Made by a program: the position numbers and the translations under genes
Source: Rotaria socialis
Lineage: Eukaryota
Direction: 5' to 3'
Length of the DNA: 64,000 bases
Assembly (NCBI GenBank): GCA_905331295.1
Contig: CAJNYD010000062.1
Span: 310,001-374,000 of the forward strand
Notes under the pieces: generated by a model
The model's input: only the letters and a program-made list of their open reading frames with translations
Databases searched by the model: none
What the model was told of the DNA's origin: nothing
In this document: in pieces, positions 40,825 through 53,790 of the stretch
How positions within the stretch are numbered: position 1 is the stretch's first letter
Layout: each line of letters begins with the position of its first letter

Positions 40825-42061
40825 GAAAGTATCTAGCAATTAAATGTCGTCTGTTGTATTTCTCAAATACTGATTTAACTTTGATAACGTTTTTTTAGAA
40901 TATCAACAGATGACAAAGATTCCCACCAGTAACCAATTGTATTTGGTTATACTTGTTCTATTGAAGTCCTAATAAATAGTATAGAATAATGCATTTCAGG
41001 AATAATTGTTTGACATACATACATTCGAATTGAATCGATCGATGCATGTATTGATTATTTGTTCTGTTCCTTTTCTCTTAAATAAAACATTTGTCAAATT
41101 ACTTAACCAGTTAGAAAATAGAAACTATTGATGTCAGGCATTGACATTTTTTTTTTCATCAGAAATCATCGCACTTATAAAGTATCATGTCGAGAAAATG
41201 TTGAACTAATTAAATAGAAATATTCATTGATATTACATATATAATATATAATATAGACTTTTTCCTGTCAATTTTTTTGTCAAATTTGGATAATGGAGAA
41301 AATCAATGGTCTCTAATGATAGTTTGACTATATAGTTGAAGAAGAATGACAAATGTGATAGAAATACCATTTCAACATTCAATACAAACACATGTACATC
41401 TTAGTTGTTGTCATTATAAACGCTTTTTGAATCAAGTAATACGATACAAAATATGTTACTTTCGTTTTTTAAAGTGATAGACACATTCATGTAGCTCAGT
41501 TGACGACAACAACTAATTCGACTAACGCCATATTACGAGATCTGCTAAAGTAATTATTGCATTGAATCTACCGATTGGTATATGAAAACGGATATTCTGG
41601 AAAGAAAACTATCGAGACTTCTTTCGTATGTATACGTGGAATGACAGTATCGATCTTACCCAAACATTTCATCGATTTACTAAGATTTGAATATTCAACC
41701 ACAGATATTGCTTCACTCAAAGATTGCATTTTTATTCCATCCAGTAAATCAAATTGCTTAGTGTGAATTTTGTCTAACAGGCCGATTAGAGAATCTATAA
41801 AATTGTCTACCGTTAGCCTACATCTACTATTTTTGTCTTATCTATTAAAGGAAATGTAAAATAACGACAGCGTCATCGTTGTCAAAAATAAAGCTAAAGA
41901 TTACAAAAAATAAAGAAAAATCAAACAGTCGTATTTATTTCAATCATTTATATCGTCGGTCGTATTGAACATGAAAATTTCACAAAAAAAATATACAGAA
42001 AGCAAACAAAAACCGACGGTACTCGCCATTGTTACAATACGAGGAGTTCAAACAATCAGAA

Positions 42062-42233
42062 CTAAGGGGGTAAGTGCTGGCACCTGGCACCCTGGCACTT
42101 AAGCACTTGCGGAGTACCTAAGCACCTGCCCAGCACTGTTTGGTGCTAGGTGCCACCACTTATCCCCTTGAAAGTGATGGGCAAGTACTGAGATACTGAG
42201 TAGGTGCCGAGGTGTCAGCATTTACCCCCTTTG
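42062..42233. mobile_element. MITE with ~23-bp TIRs and a 7-8-bp TSD (P- or hAT-like)
   Basis: CTAAGGGGGTAAGTGCTGGCACC / GGTGTCAGCATTTACCCCCTTTG, flanked by the direct repeat ATCAGAA(C). Internal GGCACC/GGTGCC repeats. Confidence 0.8.
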
Positions 42234-42273
42234 ATCAGAACACAACTCTTCGTTTTCTTTCAAATAGTCTCAA

Positions 42274-44931
42274 TTAATAATATAAATATTCGGGAGCTAT
42301 GGTTTGTCTGCACGCAGAGCAAGAGTAGTTTGAACTGTTTGATGCATAATTCATATTCGTACTTTTACAATTTGGGCAAACAATCATGCGACGAGTTTTG
42401 ATTTTCGGTATTGATGATAAAGTAGACGGGGAACGAAAATTATCTCCTGTTAGATACAGATTTGTTCGCCCTAATTGACTAAATGGCCGATTTGAAGCTT
42501 CATACTGCGAAGTATGAAGATGCTGCTCATGCTCACATTTAGAACATATATAGTTAGATTTGACGTCATTGCAACTACGATTACAAATAATACATTTGTC
42601 AGTTGTAAGTTGTCTGTCTGCAGAAATGGCAGGTGTGTGATTCATTGATACTATACGAGGCGCTATATATCGAACAGGACTATTGATGACGTTCTGTTGT
42701 TGCTGTCGTTCTAAATTGATAATTCAATGGAATTATAAAATAATTTTACGTTTCTAAATACTAAAATAAGCAAACTTTAATGACTCTCTTTTATATAGGT
42801 TGATGAATTAAGCTGTCAACTAGCACTACAACATTGATGAAATGCTTAGGTTAATGATTGCTATGTATAAAAAAATGTCTATTCACCATCGAGCAAGATA
42901 GTATGTGTAAATGCGTGTAAGAAAAATGTTAGTGTAAAGAAAGAAACAGCACTTGGATGAAATTGAAAGAACATGAATAAATGAAACACATAGACAACGA
43001 AAGAAAACAATTAATAGCTGTTCGATCCATTTAATAATCATCAACACTTTTTGTTACAATTTATGTTAAAATAGCTCAAAGATCCAGTACTGCAAAAAAA
43101 ATCATCAACAAACTTTCTTGACTAGATATTACCTCGTCTATGTTTTGATTCATCTTCTCGTAACGGTAAATTACCGGTATTGAAATATTTATCATAACTG
43201 TTCAAATTGCTAATATTACTTGTGTTATTATTAAAATATGATTGCTTCGACGGCTCAATATCAGTGGTATAAAGACCCGTATCTTTTCGTAGTACTTCTA
43301 CATACTCCGAAGGTCTTGGTGATTGCTGAGATTTATACGCTGGATTTTCTATATAGAAAGTACTAGTATGTGGTACATTTGATTGATCAGCGTAAGTGCC
43401 ATCATATGCATATCGTTGTTCATAAGAACCATTATCTTGATTGTGCGATAGAATATCATAAGAGGTAGCATTCGAACGTGCCAATCTCGGTGATAATGAT
43501 GAGGACAAAGATGGAAGTTGTTTGATTGTCGATAGACTTTTGTCATCATTATAGAGATCACGAGCAACATGTTTATTTAGTTCACGTTGTTTCTCACGTT
43601 TTTGTTGATCTGCTATTGACTTAGGTTTTTGTACTTCAAAGAAATCATTCAAATATTTTTGAAATAGAGTAAAAAAACTATCGTTCGGTAACAAATGTTT
43701 ACTACCTAATTCTGTACATAGAATAGATAATGATGAAGAGTTTGAATCAAAACTATAATCTATTTTTTTGACTCGTAAATATTCATCAAGTAAATTATTC
43801 GAATATTCAATGCTTCCATCTTCACCTAAAAATCGAATCGGTAACGGCATTCCATCATACGCATGGTTAACTGATAGATAGAGTGGAAGAAGATTCTTCG
43901 ATGATTTACTATGACCAATATCACTGGTTATTAATGCACAAAAATGAGATCGATCGTACGCTAATACAATTGGCTCAGTATTACATTCAAGTGGTGGTGA
44001 AAGAGTAGGTAAATAAATTCCGTAAAGATCATTTACTGAAATAGCTTCGCCAATTTTATTTCGAATCCAATCTTCAGATAGAACAATAATTGGTCGACAA
44101 AGCATATTGGAAATAGAAAATATATGTACGGCTTCAAGATATTGTAACTGAGTTGCTGTTTGTCCATCTTCAGTATTTTCATAACGAACAAGATTACATA
44201 ATTCATTCCATTCCTAAAGAAGCAAGTTTAATGTGAATTTATAGTTTCAATCGTACCTCGTCAAGTTTCGAATCTTCGGAATTTATACCATATTTTTTAT
44301 CCGATTTCAGTCGTTCTATTCTCCAATGATTTTTCAATATTTCTTTATTTTCATCCATGAATTGTACCAGTCGATCACGTAAGTAAAGATTCAAATCATG
44401 TATACCAAGCATTGCAATAAGCACAGCATGTAGAAGACAATTGCCATTACCTATGACAAGCATATACACACGTATATAGTTCCACTGAAATAACTTTTAA
44501 AACTTTCTTCTACCTGACGTTCGAATAGGATAGAGCATTGGCAATGATGAGCTCCAGTTGATTATTTGAGCACCATTCATCATTCTGAACATTGCTCGAT
44601 CGATTAAATAACGTTGATTATCGACATGATCTGTTTTTTCAACGAAAGTATTTGGTAAAACACTTGTATATTTTGTAACTTCATGAAGATTTTCAATAAG
44701 AAAACAGTTGATACTAGTCAATAGATCTTTAGCTTCGATTTTGAATTTTTCTGGAATAGGTAAAACATCTTTAATTTGTGATGATGTCGACGGATTCGAT
44801 TTTGGACCACAACAATAATTTTGAAATGATGTATAATAGTGAGGACGGAGTGTATCGTATGTTTTGGTGGAACGAGGACTACTATCATCGGTAGTATTCA
44901 CGATGCTTGAAAAAACAGTTCGTTGTGCCAT
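42274..44931 (-). CDS. A20/OTUD7 (Cezanne)-family OTU deubiquitinase with C-terminal C4 zinc-finger-like motifs (4 exons)
   Basis: LIDRAM...INW...LYPIRTSGNGNCLLHA...GIHD...LR; YLEAVHIFSISNMLCRPIIVLS; GIYLP; PIVLAYDRSHFCAL. The last exon has two CxxC...CxxC pairs. Confidence 0.85.
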
Positions 44932-46198
44932 CGTGACATACGTCTAAGAAATAGTAGACTAGACTATTAAATTATGGCATAAAACAAAATCTAAAATATA
45001 ACGGATGATTCATCACTAAGGTATGTCGAAGAAAAATGTGGTAGACGCAAATAAAGGAAAAAATAAAAAACCTACTACCTAGAAATCAAAACAAGAGACA
45101 GATGGGATAAATGCCAGATATTTAAATTAGAAGCAGTCCGCATCGTCTTCAAATCTTTTCAATATGGAATTGATTAATTCACTGACATACCAATAAAGGT
45201 TAAATCTGTCGGATCAATCTTTCAAGTCGATGAAGTCTTTTTCTTCCTAATAACAATCTACATGTCTATGTCATGGAAGTAAATAGAAATAGTGAGTGTA
45301 TGCAATTACAAGAGGTAAGTAGAAAGATATTTTTCATTAAATCGTATGATCGATCATCAATCTAATAAACTAATAGGTGTAATTCGATAACCATGTATTC
45401 AAAAAGAATGCTTAGACTTTTTCAAGATGCAGAATGAAAAAATACGAGTTGATAATCTTTTCGTTCTTTTTCTTTATTTTTCTTTTGCAATAACGAAAAA
45501 AATAAGAAAAACAACAGTACTGTCTTTTTTTTCTTTCCTTCTCGACGACATCAATAAAGACCCGTGCATATTGAAAAAGAATCATATTCTATTTTTAAAA
45601 CAATTTTTCTGTTATTCATAAGTTATTTTCAATCTTAATTGTCCTCACCCTTCGATTCTCACCGCATGTTTCATAGATATGTTCATGTATATTACTATTG
45701 TTGAATATAAGATTTCGATTGATATCTCAATAAAATTTCATCCCGTAAAGAGAAAATGTACAACCCTATCTAGCTCATGAAATAGTCCAACTCCTAAACA
45801 ATGATGATTCACAATATCCAATGACTGTACTAATTAATTAGCTTCTTTTGTGCCGTATAATTTTGTAACAGATCATCAAGTATATTTTGATTAGAACGAG
45901 AATAGAACTATAATATATCATGTAACAAAGTTAGGTATTGACTATATTTATACATCAATATAAATCAGTATATAATCTTGTCACATTGTTAACTCAATCT
46001 AAATACATATTAAAGTTTCTCTCTTCGTTACATAAAATATTTAGTTGAACAATAGTTTATTTAAAACAAATGAAAAAGTATTTGATTGAATTGTGTTCAG
46101 TAACGTTTTGAAGGCTACGTGATATTTACACATTTAGTTCGACATGAAGAACTTACTTGTGGATATTTCTTATTCATACTTTATTTTAAACACTTTCT

Positions 46199-46201
<3 letters not shown>

Positions 46202-46244
<43 letters not shown>
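46202..46244. repeat. (CT)n microsatellite
   Basis: About 21 TC units seen directly. Confidence 0.9.
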
Positions 46245-46246
<2 letters not shown>

Positions 46247-46372
46247 CTATCTATCTACCTACATGGCGATATCATCGTGAAATAAAAAAAGCCACCCAAG
46301 CGAAACGAGCCAAAAAAAGAAGTAAAAAAACATAAACGCATATAAACTCGGTGAATTACTGGTTGCTATATC

Positions 46373-46753
46373 ATGTTTTCACAATCAATGGCGAGTAAAC
46401 AGAAACTATCATCACTAAAAATAACTCCAAATTTATGTGAAATATCAACCGAATATCCTACATTGAAAGAATATTTTACTCCTCGTCATCTATGTACAAG
46501 TACAAAACCAGAAATTTCTCAAACGATTCAGATTGATAAATTCTCAAATAGAACAATAAATCAAGATCAAGATCGACACGTTAAAGAACCGAAGACACAT
46601 TCAAAAAATGCCACAGAACATACAGAAGTAATCAAATTATTTCAATATTAACAACACGAAGAAATAAATGATAAATTTTACAAAAAATGTCGAAATTATT
46701 TAATCAAAACAATTAGTACGACAGAGGACGAAAAAGACGACAATGCATATTAA
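46373..46753 (+). other. Possible short orphan gene or pseudogene (92-codon ORF, TAA, then 33 more open codons)
   Basis: Coding-like composition, upstream TATAAA at about 46341, AATAAA at about 46779. No recognisable domain. Confidence 0.25.
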
Positions 46754-46789
46754 TATTTTCTTTATTGTATTTTTTTATGAATAAAAACT

Positions 46790-49700
46790 CTATTTTTTCA
46801 CAGTATTATGTTTTATTTCTCGAATACCTAGAGTTGCGTTCGGTACTAATCCACATTGTTCAAGCGTTTGACTTTCATCTGTAAAGAATAATTTTGTACC
46901 CATTGCAAACAAATCAAAATCAAATAATAGTTTTCTAAAAGAATGAAAATATGATTTTTATTATTGGTTTGTTTTTTAGAAGAAAACAATATAAACGACT
47001 ACTTTTTCTTGGCAATGGTTTGTTTGACATTTTTTATAGTACATGTTATTTTCATTTTTATGACATAAGTTTGTTGACCATCATGCGAACGAATACGGAG
47101 TGTACTGAACGGAACATTATTATCAACGTCAGTTTTATATTCACTTGTTGCACTTGAATAAACAATAGGTTTAATTTCAAAATAGTATAAGTAAAATTAC
47201 AATACCTTTCACATCGAGATGTTGATTCTTGTTTACCCTTTAAAAGTTAACATGCAATTATTGTAAATTAGATTTAAAATCTAGTCATTAGTTAACTGTT
47301 TTGATCAAGAAAATATATATTTAATTTATGTGCATAAACAAATCTTTTTTGTATTCAGATTTTTTTAAAAGATTATACACAAAAAGGCACTCGATTAAAG
47401 TTTGTTTTTATGGACGTAGATCTTCGCACTTTCCTCTATTAAATTCAAAAAGTACTTTTTCTGTTTGTTGCACGTATTTCTGTCAAGTATAAATGTAAGA
47501 AAATGTGGACTTTTTACATCAACAGATTTAGATCGACTCATGTTCCTACAGAATTGGATGTGAGTAGAAGCTCAAGAACAAGGTAAACATAACACTTGTC
47601 TGCTACTTGTTAACCCGTCAAACAAAGCGATAGAAATCTGATACTATGAAATGCCTATCGAATATCTAAATCATGGTTAACATCGCTTTCTGATATGAAT
47701 AGAATAAATTGAAGAGAACCAATATGGTACATATTTCAATACAAAAGTAAAAATGAAATTCAAGATCTTCATATAAGGACATGAGAATATTATACTCTGA
47801 TTTCTACTTACAACGAAGTGTTGTTCAATATTTTGACGAATATCAATTACTTGACCATTCTTGATAACGCTTCTCGGAAGACGATTGAGCAATTGATTCA
47901 AAGGTATTTTTGGTCCTAAATAATACTTATATATTTTCTTATGTTTCTTTTCTTAGTTATTTATTTACTCTGATCATTAGATTCAATTCTTGCACCTTGA
48001 GGTATTGGCGGTTGATGATCGTCATTTTGATTATTAAAAACTACACGGCTATCATGCAGAACATAACCTTCACCCTGAAATACTTTTTGTTTACGTTCAT
48101 CAGTAAAATATATATCACGTTTATCAGACACCTAAAAAACAAATATTTAAAATATCCATCATTTTTATTAGCAAGAGAAATGGAGATTTTCTTTTCATAC
48201 ATTAAAAGGTATTCCATCAGGAAAACGTTCTTGTAATTCTGATGGGAAATATCCATCTTGTACATCGCGAATAAATTGTTGAGTAGAAGGTTCTATCAAT
48301 AAAGAAAAAATTTTAAAATATTTCTCGAATAATAAAAATTCTACCAGTGTATGATCGAAAAGGACCATTAAATAAGAAAATTCCATTTGCATAGAGTATT
48401 AGACTGATTGGTTCAATACGTTTTAATGTTGAAATATGTCGTTGACTATCAGTATTCTGTAGTTCAAAATGTACTTCACTTTCACCTGCTAATACGTTAA
48501 GTTCACGAATATTTTCAATAATACTGTTGAAATCAATGAGTAATATTTTTGGAATGGATTCTTCTACAAGAAATACAGATTATGATACTTAAATTTTGAG
48601 AACGAAACTGACCAGGTCGCCAAGTCAACGGTGTAGATATGAGTGTTGAGCGTTCTTGGTGTTGTTCGTGCTCAGCACGATCAGCTTCATCAAAAGTTAA
48701 AATATTTACATTATCTGGCTCATTGAGTTCACCGATAACTTCAAGACCACGTTCAATTAGAAGATCCTACTGAAATTAAGCAAATTAAAATCAATGAAAT
48801 CTTATATCTATGTTTATTGACCTCCATACGATCAATAATTGATTGCAAACGAATACATTTCTTTTCGAGAGTTTGTATTTTGTACGACTCATCATGCTGA
48901 TGATCTATAGAAAAAAAAAACGAATGTCTGTCACGTATAATTATACTAGTTTGGTCTTTCTTATTCTAATAGTCATATATATATATATATATCTAATAGA
49001 AGATCATTTACTAAATTAAAAACTATTATGATTATGACTTTTTTTTGCTTATTAACCGTATCCTCTGTTTGAACTAATTTTCTAATCAATAATAGCTATA
49101 CTGCTGTCTAATTAATTCGATTTAGTTTGCGAAATTTTTAAGATAATTTTTTCTATCAATTTCAGTATTCATTTGATTAGTGAATGAAACTAGTTCGATC
49201 GTTCGAGTAAAAATGAGAATTAATCAGTTCGCGATACCAAATACTCACATCGCAATCAGGCTATGTACTTTCAATCGATAGACGAAATAATGTCTAAGTT
49301 AGATAGTACTATTCCGAAGTTATAGAATTTTTCAATCACTACATACGTAATGCTTTTTCGTACAGATGAACTTTTTCTTCGAGGACAGCAACACGTTGTG
49401 TCTAACAGGAAGACAAAGGTTCTATAACAGTGTATTGAAATTGATTGTGATTACCTTGTCTTTTACTTCACTGGTCAAATAGCGAACATCTGATTCAGCT
49501 TTTTGCATACGATTCATAGTCAGTTGAAGAAGATCTAAATCGGTCGGAGCTGTAAGAAAAAAAACAGATGAATGAATTTTGAAAATTTCTTAATAATCTG
49601 ATTCAACCTCGAAGTCGAGAATCATTCATGGTTCTACTTGTTTTAATGTTATCCATAGCCATACGTGTGGTAACTTCATTTAATAATTGAGTATCTTCGT

Positions 49701-49945
49701 CTGTAAAGAAATCTATATATTGATTCACTTTAGATTTAGATATATCATCTCACGTGAATATCGATAAACATTGGATCTTCCTGCTTGTGGTATTGATGGA
49801 GCACTAAACATAGTCTGTAGAAAAGAATCAATACAAGCAAGAACCCATACTTTTCATCATACAAAGTGTCATTAGCTGGCATGATGGGATTTTTTGAAAC
49901 AGGTAATTTACGATATTTATTCAAAGACGTAAATGGTGATGACAT
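46790..49945 (-). CDS. UBXN11: UBX domain protein 11 (Socius): coiled coil, SEP and UBX domains, multi-exon
   Basis: IENIRELNVLAGE; LYANGIFLFNGPFRSYTEPSTQQFIRDVQDGYFPSELQERFPDG; LNRLPRSVIKNGQVIDIR; C-terminal QTLEQCGLVPNATL. Confidence 0.88.
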
Positions 49946-50962
49946 GACTTTCTTTCTCTTATAATAACTGCCCAATCATGTAGAACTTTCATGAGAATAT
50001 GTTAAAAAGCTCTATCTCCAAGTGAAAGTCTTTACGAGAAAAATAAAACAAAAATTGATATAAAATAATCACGACAGATGTCGGATATAGTCAATAATAA
50101 AATGAATTATAAATATTTATACAGTACTCTCTAAATTGAGTGTTAAAGAGGTAAAGAATTAGATATTCGAACTGAATTTCCTCGCGTTTCTCTCAATCTT
50201 GAGGCTCATATAATCAATCAGTTATTATAGATTACACGCAATTAACGTTTTATAATAATATATTAATAGTTATCGTGTTGCATTTTCGAAATTTTAAATA
50301 AAACAGATGATAAAACGATTTACCCCAAAATAGTTTAAAAAACGATCTATTTTCAATTGATAACTGTAGCTGCATAATATTCTCTACTTACTTTTCACAA
50401 ACGTCGTCATTATTTGCATGATACAAAGACTTGGAAGACAGCTTGATTATGATCAGAATTTTATGTCTATGTTTTATATTTGAATTAATAATTGTAGAAA
50501 AATCATATTCATTATTTATGATAGACTAATTTGTTAGATGAACTTAATACTATTAAGCAATCGTTTCGTTACGAGTAAATCGTTGTTGATATTATTATTG
50601 AATTTTTCATGCCAACCGATATTGATTCATTATGATAGTCTAGTCATTTTTATCAATGAACGTATAAAGTGTCTCTGTTTTTATTCATTCATTTAGTAAA
50701 ATGCATAAGCAAAATATTGACTACGCAAATTTTGTTTTGATAATGGAGTCAACAACACAATATTTACTTCAGATTCCAATAATCCTATCATGTTAGAAAA
50801 CAATCTATCAAACTTTTCTTGTTCTATTATGCATTTCTTCGTTATCATACTCGAATATAAACAAACGAGATCAGATCATACACACAACATATTCTAACTT
50901 CAATGAAAGTAAAACAAATCGAGGAACAAATATATTTAGTGATGTTGTTGTTTTTGAGTATT

Positions 50963-51697
50963 CTATTCTAGATCTGGTTCAGAGATGGTTGCACCTCCAA
51001 AAGGTGATGAAGATGTACCAAGCAGAGACTAAGAAAGAAGAATAACATGAGTGAACCTATTGATTATATAACGGATTTATCTACTGGAGCAACTCGTGGT
51101 AAACGCATGATAATTTCTTGGAACAATTCAGGTGGTAATGTTTGTTGAAATAATGACATCAGACTTTGAGGTTGACTACAAACGGCAATAGCTTTTGCTA
51201 GATGATCGACTCCATTGTCAAGATCACCTATGCGAATAGACTTTCCATTAAATAAATTAATTTGCAAAAATTATAATACAAACCGCGAGATAAACAATCT
51301 TCTCCTCGTTGAATTTGTTCAAGAAAATAACGACGCATTTCGTCAGGATCATTTGAATTAATCTATTACAAATTATTCTATCAACTATTTGTTAGATAGA
51401 AATAAAAAATATTTACAGTAAAATTTTCGTTTGAGCTACCAGGTTGTTGTTTTTGTTTCTTGCGTTCTAAATAAGAATTGATCATTGAAAAAGACGCAGC
51501 ACTTTATTCTTTCTTTTCTGAACGTCTGAATCAACCAGAAAAAAAAACAATTCATAAGTCTTACTAGCTTTTAATTTTTCACGAAATTCAGGTGCACTTC
51601 GTCGTTTTCGATCGAAATAAACACAGTAGCCAAGAAAACCAACACCAAAACCAACTGCTGCTACTACAGGCCAAAATGTTTTACTAGCAGGATTCAT
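50963..51697 (-). CDS. TOMM20: Mitochondrial import receptor subunit TOM20, 5 exons
   Basis: FLGYCVYFDRKRRSAPEFREKLK; YFLEQIQRGE; GVDHLAKAIAVCSQPQSL...QQTLPP; acidic end PDLE*. Confidence 0.95.
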
Positions 51698-52843
51698 CTG
51701 TAATGAAGAAGAAAAAATAATTTATGATTGCATCACAATTCCTATGAATATGACAGTGAAACGAAAAAGATATGGATGACAAAATAACTTATTAAAATTT
51801 ACTTTTTCGTTCTTTATTTCGATATCAATTTCATAATTTTCATATTTATTCTCCAATCTTATTCACATTATCGAAAGATATAATGGACATAGAGAATGAA
51901 CATATTATTCGTGTTATATAGGTTAAAACACAAAAATATGTTACGTACTTTAACTTAACGAAAACATTACGACAATTAAAAAATCTCTTACTATCAATAT
52001 AGTGTGTATTTTCGACTCGAATCTAATGTTAAAAGACCAATTAATATTTATGGCATCTGCTTTACAGAACAAGATATCGATAGACGAAATAAAATTCGTC
52101 TTTAATATGAGTTTCAGTCTCAAAATGCTACTTTTTTTCCTTCTAATCAACATCTTTGCACGAGAGCGATTCAGTGTAGTTTTTGATAATCTACTTAGTA
52201 TTATTATATCAAAGATAATTGAACGAATAATAGCATCTTAACTTTTTCTAAAACGAAGAGAAATTCAAATAAAAATGAATGACTATCACTAGATATGATA
52301 TTTCATATGCTATATAACATATAATCTGTTATTTTTTGCTTCATTTCATCTGAAATTTCAAACAATAAGAATCCTTCGTAGAATAACAACACTGAACTAC
52401 TATTTGCGAATGATATCATAGATAATATTGACTGATGAACATATAGGTAAAACATACCACGATGGGAACATATTTTAATTCATATTGATGATAGAATCCG
52501 TATTTAACAGAGTGGTAAAAATAACTGATTTACTTCTTTGAAAAAAGAACAATAATTCTAGTTATTCGATACTTAGTAAAAGAATACGAAGTACTAGATA
52601 GAATCTAATTAATACTTCGTCATGTATTTCATCGTAATTCGAATGAATCATACTTGCACGATATATCTGTCCAGGTAAGGAAATTGTACTATGTAAATAT
52701 GACTCAACCGTTGGCATGTCTGTTACTTTTATTAACTGCGCAGACGTGTCACTTCATCAAATATTTTTAAATACTAGTAGTTCATGAGATACTTTTTGTA
52801 TGATCAGTTTTTCTCAATTTCAACTATCGAATAACAGGCACAA

Positions 52844-53592
52844 ATGGGTTCTTTTTTCAGTCGACTATATGATGTTTTTGTTCTATTTGGAGAAGAAAAA
52901 TCTGCTCGCATCCTAATGCTTGGTCTTGATACAGCTAGTAAAGCAACAATTCTCTATAAAATAAAACTCGATCAAAATATTCAAACAATTCCTACAGTCG
53001 GTATACATCAATAAACATGTTTTTATTATTTTATATCTGTTTTTCTAGGTTTTAACGTCGAACAAGTTAATCCATGCCGTGGTGTGTCATTTACTGTATG
53101 GGATGTATGTATTTCTTTTTTTTTTGTTTGTCTAACTTATACATTCAATTTAACTAACATGTCTTTTCTCTAATGTGGGTGGCCAAGCAAAAATGCGAAG
53201 TGTTTGGAGGTCTTACTATCGAGGAACAGAAGGTCTCATATTCGTCGTTGATAGCAATGATCTTGAAAGAATAGAAAAAGCACGAGAAGAATTTGAAGAT
53301 ATTCTTAAATTTCCTGACATGTCCAATGTACCTATTGTTGCCATTGCTAATAAATAAGATCTACCTATTAAGTTCTACTATCTATTGTTCGAAGGCAACA
53401 TCTAGACAGTTTGTCTCTCAAATAGATGCAATGAAACCGTCTGAAATCATCCATAAATTAGGTATGAATAAACTTCATGATAAACATAAGTGGCATGTTC
53501 AATCTACTTGTGCTATAACAGGCGATGGTCTCACCGATGCTTTGCTCAAAATGACAAATTTTGTCAAACAGTATCATAAAGAAAACAAGTAA
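52844..53592 (+). pseudogene. Decayed ADP-ribosylation factor (ARF/ARL) GTPase gene
   Basis: MG start, [47 protein letters not shown]. Lesions: P-loop GLDTASKA instead of GLDxAGKT, in-frame TAA at 53355-53357 in NKQD, intron-2 acceptor lacking AG, and intron-3 donor TTAAGT. Confidence 0.85.
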
Positions 53593-53790
53593 AATATTTA
53601 TTTGTATTTGCTTTTCTTTTGTTAATGATAATATAAATATTGTACATAAAATGTGTCTATATATCACAATAATATGAGTTTGATTTATTTGCATGTAATA
53701 AAAGAAAGTAGAGTTCATATTTGACAATATCACTGAATAATAATAATAATAATAAAATAATGAGATCAAACTCAAGCCATTGATTTATAA

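Noticed and set aside
53355..53357. In-frame TAA in ARF as an alternative genetic code or readthrough
   Set aside because: Other genes here terminate normally at TAA, and the same gene has splice-site and P-loop lesions, so pseudogenisation is the simpler explanation.
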